A stretch of DNA of 64,000 nt from the NCBI GenBank assembly GCA_032718475.1, contig JAUCBJ010000160.1:1-64000 (forward strand), read 5' to 3'. The position numbers were made by a program, and so were the translations under genes. Below the pieces are notes generated by a model, which saw only the letters and a list, made by a program, of their open reading frames with translations, was not told the origin of the DNA and searched no databases. Positions 1 to 9,300 of this stretch are shown one piece after another (position 1 is the stretch's first letter; every line of letters starts with the position of its first letter). This DNA is from Nemertoderma westbladi (lineage: Eukaryota; Animalia; Xenacoelomorpha).

Positions 1-2495
1 TACGTGATTATTTCGAACTTATGCAATTTATATTATTCTGAACTTATGCAATTTATATTGTTCCGAATATTATGCAATTTATATCTTATAAGCAGTATTT
101 GTACCTAAAGAGAAAGTTTTATAGACAGAAAAATTTGTGCTCAGAAAGACTCATATTTGTAATTATTCCAAAACTTATGCAATCTACATTTAGGTACGAA
201 AGTATTTGTAATTACTTGAATTTATGCAATATTTGAGATACAATAGTAGATGGAAGACTTGCGAGCCTTTCTTATTGTTTTCATTTATTTGTATTTGTAA
301 TTGTTTGAATTTATGCAATATCTGAGATGCAATAGATTTATATTGGTGAATTTAATTTAGATTTATATTGTACTTACTTAGTAAAGCCATAAATACGTAA
401 AGTTTGAATTTGTAATTATTTTTGTATCGAATCATTACGTAAAAAGGAAGTATTGTTTGAAATTTAATTGTAAATATGTAAGTACGCCCTAAGTATTCCA
501 TAGTTTGATTGATTATTGGTGAAAACCGTATATTTTATGCACGATAATATCCTGTTTTCATGGAGCGGTATAGAATTATATTCCCTAAATGCCGTGGATT
601 TTCAAAATTTTATTTTATTCGAATTAACTTTGTAAAGATTGCTTTGAGTTCTCATTAGTATTGGTTCTATCTATCGTGTATCTATCGGTCAAGTGGTTCA
701 GTAGCTCAGTTGGTAGAGCGTTGGAAATTATATGTGTAGTAGGTATCGAGTTCGAATCCTAGTAAGTGCGAATTATTTTTTGTGCAGAATTTCAACTCAT
801 TTAAATTAACCGCTACAAATTAATTGCATTTGTCTGTACCAATAAGGCTGTAGTTATTTGATTGTAACCAATGTCGTGCAAGTTATATATTAGCTGGACC
901 AATAAGCTATCTTTAAAACCTTGTTAGAATCTATAGAACAATCGAGAATTTTCTCGATTGATTGCGGCACAAATTTGGTATAAAAAGGTGCGATTTCGTT
1001 CATTAATCTAATCTCTACTTACACTACTACTACTTTAGTATTCACTTTATTATCTTATCAATATTCTGTCGTGCTTAGTTTATTCTCAGATTACATTGTA
1101 TTATAATTGTATCTTCTGTAATAAAGTCAGAATATTCTCTCAGCTTTTCTGTTTTACTATGAATTCACTACGGTGAACAAACTCAGGGACAGGATGGCCG
1201 GCTAGAGATCGGGCCGCAGCAATGAACGGGAACATCACGGGAATGTAGACGAGAGACAACCCGCAATACCATTTAAAGTTATTCGCCCATCGCCTGAAAG
1301 GTTAGACAGCGTTCGATCCTTGCTACCTAAGTATAAGACCAAAAGATCAAAGGTAGACGTAGTGACACGCTGCAAGCCTAAAATTACATCATAGGGACTG
1401 TACTGTCTTGATTCAGGGAAAACCGCAGTAGACCTTCATATTCCTACGGGGGGGAGGGAGAGAGAGCAGATACTAGTACGCAGATAGGACGTAGGCACAC
1501 CGGTACAAGGCATACACATTGGTTAGGGTGCAGCGAACTGTACGCTTAACTCTTGCTAAGTACAGGTGTGTGTGCGACTATTTACCGTACAACGGTGTCC
1601 GTTACATCAGAACTTGTAGGCTAGGGGGGTTGCTGTGTTTTCACCTGAATGGGGATTGTACCGTTCAGGCGGTAGGGCAGTTTACGCTAGGCGCAAATAA
1701 ATTGAGGCTATCAGGGATATACTAACATCTACCGTGTCCCCGCCAACGCCCTAATAGGAAGTTACCTGGACTACCTGGGTGACTAAAATTCTAGATAGGA
1801 GCCAGGATAGCTATTAGTACCCGTACGCCTACAGTAGTAAACTAACACATCTCTTCTTAGTATCAGGGACCTGGTACCTAAAATTGCCGAATTCTGGGCG
1901 TAGTATTAACCTTATGCCTGAATTTGAGTCCTGGAAATACGCAAGAGGGGAAGGAACCTTATCATTCGTGAGTATTGGACCTACAAGTTACAAAATTAGA
2001 ATATTCGTAAAATGCACACCGTACCCAGTAATTATATATGTGAAGGAGCAAAACTGCTTTTGACCGTTCAGAATTACACACGCGCGTTAGAAATTATTTA
2101 CACCTCAAAATATATAAAATTAACTTTCGTCCTTACTGCACTTTGCTCGCTAGTTAGACATCTCCAAATATCTGCCTCTATACCTAGCTAGCGTCCCTTT
2201 GCCCAACCATATAAATCACACCGCGGCAAAGTATACGAGCCCCTTAGTCCGTCAGTGAGTCAGCCTGATTTTAGGATTCGCTGCGCGGGATTTGTTTTAT
2301 CGAAGTTTGTCTGCTCGTAGACTGTTTTCTGCCTCACCGGTTAAAAGAGATCGATACTGCAATATATTCGCTTACTTAGGGTTTACTGTTTTGGTGAGAA
2401 GGTCGGATTTATGATTTGATTTACAAACTTTACAGTAGGATATTGCAGGTATTGTTACCGTCTCTTCCGATAGTAGGAATAGGCGTATCTCTCCA
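1..2495 (+). repeat. 5' LTR (partial)
   Basis: Matches 16613-19106 (offset 16612, then 16611 after a 1-bp indel near 2077). Ends ...TCTCTCCA; identity runs 5 nt further (ATTTA, to 2500). Confidence 0.85.
695..781 (+). promoter_or_regulatory. tRNA-derived Pol III unit in the 5' LTR
   Basis: A box/D-arm TAGCTCAGTTGGTAGAGC (702-719), B box GAGTTCGAATCC (748-759), T6 terminator 776-781. Anticodon, T and acceptor stems do not pair. Confidence 0.7.
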
Positions 2496-2500
2496 ATTTA

Positions 2501-2512
2501 GTAGGAATATGA
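2501..2512 (+). other. Putative non-tRNA (self-priming) primer-binding site
   Basis: GTAGGAATATGA is the exact reverse complement of TCATATTCCTAC at 1436-1447. No TGG-type PBS follows the LTR. Confidence 0.55.
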
Positions 2513-3344
2513 TTATTTTAACATATTTCCTAATTTAGTAGGAATATGTTTTACTGAACTACGGTTCGGTAGGACTAAAGTTATTTGAAAATTTTGTATT
2601 TTGAGGTAAAAATTTGTATTTGATTAGCTAAGTGCTAATTTTTTGAAATAAAAATTTGATTTGAACCGCGTGTAAAATATTTTGGAATTGAATACCGGTG
2701 TTTAAAAGGGTTTAAATACCATATTGTACCGGTACAAAATTTTCGTAAAGTAAAACCTAACTCTTTTGTTTTTCAGGATTCAGAACTCATTTCTAGACTG
2801 TAACGGGAGCAAGACCGTGTTTAGCAAGTTTGGGAGATAGATAACTCAACAACTTTGGTTGGGAAAATCGCGTTTCGTCCGCAACGTTAAAAACGGAAAG
2901 GTTCACGTCCGGTTTGTATCTGGGAATCTGTTTTTCTGGAGAATTATTGGAGTGGGTGAGTTCGAAAAGTTGCATAAATAAGTTAGGCATTACCGTATTA
3001 GTTAAAAATTATTGTGGGTTCCACTGTCTCAAGCATTTATGCATTCCGTATGATTTCTTTGTTCATTGCTGAATTAGTCCGTATTATTGTATTTAATTTA
3101 CCTTTGATAACGCATATCGTTATCCGATTTATTTGTTATAAAATTGGCCGCTAGGCTAATTTTATTATATACTTATTCCGTGACATTTATTTGCTGTAAA
3201 ATTGGCCGTTTAGGCTAATTTTATCCATCTGCTATAAAATCGGCCGGTAGGCTAATTTTATATGACTGTAATTAGTACCGTTTTATACAAATACGGTAAA
3301 CTCGATACTTTGACACTCACTTCACTTGACTTACAACTACTGAA

Positions 3345-6300
3345 ATGAGTGACAAACAAGACTATACGAAGAATACACAAACCGACTATGACTCATGTGA
3401 CGGAGATAAGTCAGCAGCGGAAGAACAACAGGGGAAGACTCGCGAGCCTACCGAACCTACACCGTGTGCGTCACCAGTACATCCAACGGGAGTACCGGAT
3501 GCCGTAGTACGAGGCGACGGCAGGACCGAGGACTTTCTAACTGTTCCGCAACCTAGATATAGGGAAACGGAATTGGTAAGTTCAGCAGGAAGCACAGAAA
3601 GTGTGGTTAGAAGCGTCGGAGGATACATGGCGCATATAACCAGGAGCATTGGAGAAGGCCAACGCATATTAGACGGGTTGACCGCTCCGATGTCTCGATT
3701 CGAGTTCTACACCCTCCAGGTTAGAGTACAGAGTAGAGTACACAAGTCCGTAGATAACCTAGTTGGCCTACAAGATCTAGCTAGACAGAGACAGGACATG
3801 GATACTCAACTTAGAATCCTCGAGAAACTAATGATCACTAGAGAGAAACTGATTCAGTTTAAGTCGACGATTAGACAGATACAACAGGAACAAGCGGACC
3901 AGTTGTTAGGTGAGTCAGTTTCGGACGAATTATTACAGCCCGAGGAAGAACAGGAACTGTACCGACTGGATGGACAATTAAAACACCTGACGGACCACTT
4001 ACGCATGTGCGGCGAAGACGTCGGCGATTTGGAAACCGTGCCGGAATACACGAGGGAAACTTCATTCGCACAAATCGAATCGGCACCGGGAATACTAAAT
4101 CAATCATTGGTAAGTATTCGTAGCGAAATCTGCGAAGGAAGTATAGTCACGTCAGAAGTTGCTCGACAACAGCAGCAGTTCTACAGACAGCAACACGAGA
4201 TAGAAGAACAAGCTCAACTTCTAATGATACAAACAGCAGTAGAGGAAGAGAAAATACGTGTTGCGAATGTAGCGAGAATCTCTCATCTGCAGGAACAAGC
4301 CGAACTCGAAGCGGCCGAAATGGAAAGGTTAGAGTTGGACATTGCCCAACAAGCGGCAACGGCCGAGTTAGCGCAACGAACGGCAACAGCCGAGTTAGAG
4401 CGACAAACGGCTGCGGCAGAGTTAGAGCGACAAACGGCTGCGGCAGAGTTAGAGCGACAAAGAGTAGTTTCGGAAGCCAGAGTCGAGATGAAGACACGGC
4501 AAATAAAAGCCCAACAAGCGATACGACAAGCAGAGTTCGAGGCGCAACAACAACAAACGGAACAACGAGAAAAGGAAGTTAAACTTCGTTTCGAACTTGA
4601 GAAGAGGGCGAGAGAATTAGCCGAAACTAAGGAAAATCTGGATCTTCTAGCCCGCGATCGATCGATGAGATCTCGCGACGGACATGATTTGGACCAGTTA
4701 GAGGTAAGACATCGCCAAATTCAGGAACGGAAGAAGGAAGGAAGCGTAGGAGCACCCGGACGGGAACGACAATTAGTAAAAGACGTGTGTCAACGATTCC
4801 CACAGGTAACTCATATGTTTGCACCGGTTACGACTAAGGAACCTGTTTCGATTGCGGGTAGTAGTGATATTTCTCCTATCCATGGTGCGACGGAACACAG
4901 GTTTGTTATTCCGGACAAGTTTACACCGCCAAGAGCAACGTCGTCGCCTATTCCGAGAGTCAAGGTAAGTAACCCACCGATTACAGATCGTAGTAGTTTA
5001 TTGACCGGACCTGCGCTACTGACGACAAAACAGGTGAGTCCACCTTTGACGCCTAAACCCGTTACACATTACGCTTACCCAATGACGTTTCGACCTACAA
5101 GGCCAGTTGTTTCAAATGCTGTCATTCGCCCACCGGTTCAGTTTACATCGCAATCTACGACTTCGAGGAAGACTTGTGAGCCTACCGAACAACGGAGAAC
5201 AGTGGAGACGCGACCGTTCAACCAGTTTACATCGCAATCTACGACTTCGAGGAAGACTTGTGAGCCTACCGAACAACGGAGATCAGTGGACGATGTTCCG
5301 AAACGAGCCGTTAGAATTCGAACGACGCAACGGATGCGAGCACGTCGACCACCATATCCAGATGATAGTAGTACTTCGAGCGAATCGGATTACCCGAAAC
5401 GCGAGGTATTTAGAACAGGGGCGGCCGATGAATATAAACGCGAGCGTTCAGACAACTCCTTTGCAGACAATCCTCCACAGAATACACCAACACAGAAGGC
5501 GTTACAACCAACGGACGCAATTAGTACACAACAGTTCGCCGACATTCTGCGACCAGTTGTCAACAAGTTGGCTCAGATCGAGGAGCGTCTGGAGGAAGTT
5601 CAAACCGATAGTTCGAGGAACACCGAATTCGAACACAATAGACACCCGAAGGCACCACAAAGACCGGTACCTTCAAACCCCACATCGTATCAGGGAAAAG
5701 CGCCAAGAAGGGAGAACATCAACCAGGTTACCAACCAAGGACGCGAAACTCTGAACGTTGCTGAGGAGATAGCAAAATTCGCAGCCAGACAAGGATTGCC
5801 GGTACAACAACCACCGAAGTTTTCCGGTAGCTCAAAACACTGGCATACCTTCGTAGACTATATCGAATCCCAGATCGCCGTGTGCGCCTTTACATCACGG
5901 GAGAAGTTCAATTACCTGCTCCAAACGTTGTCAGGAGAACCTAAACGTTTGGCGGAGACTTTCGTCGGTGTACCGGACGCTTTCGAACTAGCGTACGATC
6001 GTTTGACTTCGATATACGGAGGTACAGTGAGTATGGCCAGGTCAGTAATAGAGGAACTCTGTAAGGGAGGGGCTATCACTAAACCCGTCGACTTACTAAA
6101 ACTGGCTGACGAGATTAAGAACGCTATCACTACCTTAAGATCAATTGGACAACTTGATTACGGGAATACCCCTACAGTTCTATTAAAGATAATAGGACGA
6201 CTCCACCATCGACTTCGTCGGGAGTGGAGGAAGGTCGAATACCAGCGAGAGGAGCGGGGAGGATTCTTAAAATTAGAAGATGTGTACCTTTTAATATCCA

Positions 6301-9300
6301 GGGAGGCGGTAGTAGAAACTCGATCTAACTATACCGACCAGCACATCGTGGCAGAAGGGATCACACTGCCATCCTCCAACCGACAAAAACCCCAGACAAC
6401 ATCCACAAAGACGGCCACTTACGCCACACCGACGGAATCACGACAATTCTCAGACGGTAATAGAGTATCTGCGCCCATTGGGACGAAACAGACGAGACAG
6501 CAACTCAGCGCCGACTTCAACGGCTGCCAATACTGCGAACATTTAGGTAAGCGGTATATTGGTCACAAGTTACGAGGTTGTCGACAATTTCGCGAGTTGA
6601 ACTCAGAAGAACGACGGCTGCAGATACGGCCACTGGACTCTTGTTGGCGGTGTACGCGACACGGACACGTCCGTAAGGATTGCCCAAATACCGACACTTG
6701 TCCATCCTGTGGACGCAACCACGACGGTCTGCTCCACACAGACAGCCACACGCCGACGAAACGCTTCGCCAGGGAACACCCGGAAGCAGCAGCGAGATGT
6801 GATGCGGCTTACCGAAAACGAGAATCGAAAACGACTCCGACTTTCGTGACCCATATAGAGGATTGCTTTTCAGAACAATCCGGATCGTCGGACGAAGAAT
6901 CAGACGACGACGAATATTCTAATGGAGACGAACAACCGTCAATCGCGCTCCTGACCACTGACCAACTGAAGGGATTCAGTGTAATCCCGATTAAAGTTAC
7001 TGGCACAAAAGGGAGTAAGAGGATTTACGCGATTCTAGACTCAGCCTCATCTCACAGTTACGTGGATGAAAAGATAGCTGACGTCGTAACGGATCTCAGA
7101 CAAGGTAAACACGTAAGTTATACAGTAAGTAGTATGCATGGCCAGCGTGCAATACCAGTGACACGAGTTAAGTTGGACTTAGACTCTCTTCTTCCAAAAT
7201 CGCAACACAGCGAGAGGGAGAGATCTTTGTTACCCTTTAGAGATCTAACCTTTGCGGCCACGAAGGACTTTAGTAACCTACTAGGTCCAGTGCCGGAACA
7301 ATCTCTGGAGGACCGTAAGTATTTCAGACACCTTGGTGTACCCGAATGTCCTGTCAATTATAGATCAGTAGCAATGCTGATCGGGACGGACCAATTCAAC
7401 CTACATCAGGTGTGGGAAACCAGACCATCGGCAGTTGTAGCAGGAAACGCATACGCCTGCAGAACGCCGATAGGGTGGTATACACGAGCGCCTGTGCGCA
7501 CACTAGACGTAAGTGACGAGGAAGACGATGTACAGAGTACATGTAGTTTATTAACTACAAATTCAATTCATTCCTTTTCACACGACGTGAACCATACTAC
7601 GCTACAGTCGACAAAACATGACAGACGTGTAACTAGTATGATAAGTCACAAGGAGCAGCTAATCCACAAGGTGAGTTTAGAACTTGGGGAGAAGACGAGT
7701 CAGCTAGAGATTCCATCGACGACAGATGATAGGCTTGCGAGTCTACCTACCCCAATAACCTCAACAGTGCCCATCGATATCGACGATGACGCGTTGAAAA
7801 TTCATCAGTTGGAACAAGCCGCCTTGGACAAAGAATTAACGGAGAAGACTATCAGGTGGTTAGAACAAGATACGGCTGAACCTGGTAGCTACGACCCTTG
7901 TATGTCGGAACAGGAGAAACAATCTCTAAAGATCATGGAGGATACTATCCGACAGACGGAGGACGGACATTACGAGGTGGGGATGTTATGGCGTAGCCAA
8001 AGTCCTAAACTTATAAATAACTACCCACTGGCTTTAAGACGTCTACACTCAATCCGACAACGTCTATTAAAGGACGAGAAAGCCCATCTGCAGTATAACA
8101 CTCAGATGGAGACGTATTTGACGAAGGGATACGCTATCAGAATGACTAACCCGGAGCGAGTGACCGACCAGACATACTACCTGCCACATCACTATGTGAG
8201 ACATCCCGATAAACCAGACAAAGTACGTGTAGTCAATGACTGTGCGGCTCTATTTGAGGGAATGTCCCTCAATAGTGAGTTGATGGATGGACCGAACATG
8301 AATAATTATCTTATGGGGGTGATTATGCGCTTCCGTCAGCGCCAAGTAGCCTTTACTTGTGACGTTGAAGCGATGTTTCACCAAGTAAAAGCGTTAGAGC
8401 GAGACAGAGACAGTTTGCGGTTTCTCTGGTATCCGGAAGGGGACTTAAGTCTACCACCAGCGACTTACCAAATGCAAGTTCGCGTTTTCGGTGCCAGAGA
8501 CAGCCCAAATTGTACGATGTACGCCTTGAAGCAAGCCGCTAGAGATCAGAAACATCTGTATGACCCAGAGATAATTAGAATTGTAGAACGTGACTTTTAC
8601 GTTGACGACGGATTACAGAGTTGCGACACAGTAGAACGTGCTACAACAGTAGCACATCAATTACGGGACTGCTTGGCGAGCGGAGGTTTTAACCTCACCA
8701 AATTCGCCTCAAACAGTGCCGAATTAGTTGACTCATTCGGAACTACTGAGCGTGGAGGTGGTGACATAGACCTAGAGTTCGAACCACTACCGACGACTAA
8801 GGTGTTGGGGCTCTTTTGGGACCCAAACACAGACAACTTTCGAGTGAAGGTGAGACTGGACAGTCAAGGAAACACACTGACCAAGAGATCATGCTTGTCA
8901 AAGTTGAGCCGATTGTTCGACCCGTTAGGATTCATCAGTCCAGTGATACTGCAAGCCCGCATTTATATGCGCAGTATATGGAAGGATGGACTAACGTGGG
9001 ACGAGCCGATCTCATCAGATCAAGTGGACTTATGGAAGACCTGGGAGGCGGAATTGTCTTCGTTAGAGGATTATTCCATACCCAGGGTTTACTTTCCATT
9101 ACAGAGTACATTTCCTGACAACTTGGAACTACACTGTTTTTCCGACGCCAGTGACAACGGGTTTGGTGTGGCAGCGTATTTGCGCAGACAAGTAGAATCA
9201 GACGAGTTCGATGTTTCGCTCATTACTTCCAAGGCTAAGACCATGCCTACTAAGTATATGACGACACCACGAGCCGAGCTACAAGCCGCGACCCTGTCAA

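Noticed and set aside
695-770. Functional tRNA gene
   Set aside because: Acceptor, anticodon and T stems do not pair.
1519-1725. 68-aa ORF in both LTRs
   Set aside because: TTG start, no motif; duplicated only because the LTR is.
2392-2410. TGGTGAGAAGGTCGGATTT as a tRNA PBS
   Set aside because: Lies inside the repeated LTR, is not preceded by CA, and its spacing is one nt off a tRNA 3' end.
2361-2788. Partial complementarity of the Pol III RNA to 2361-2383 and 2775-2788
   Set aside because: Needs gaps and is not at the LTR boundary; could be chance in AT-rich DNA.
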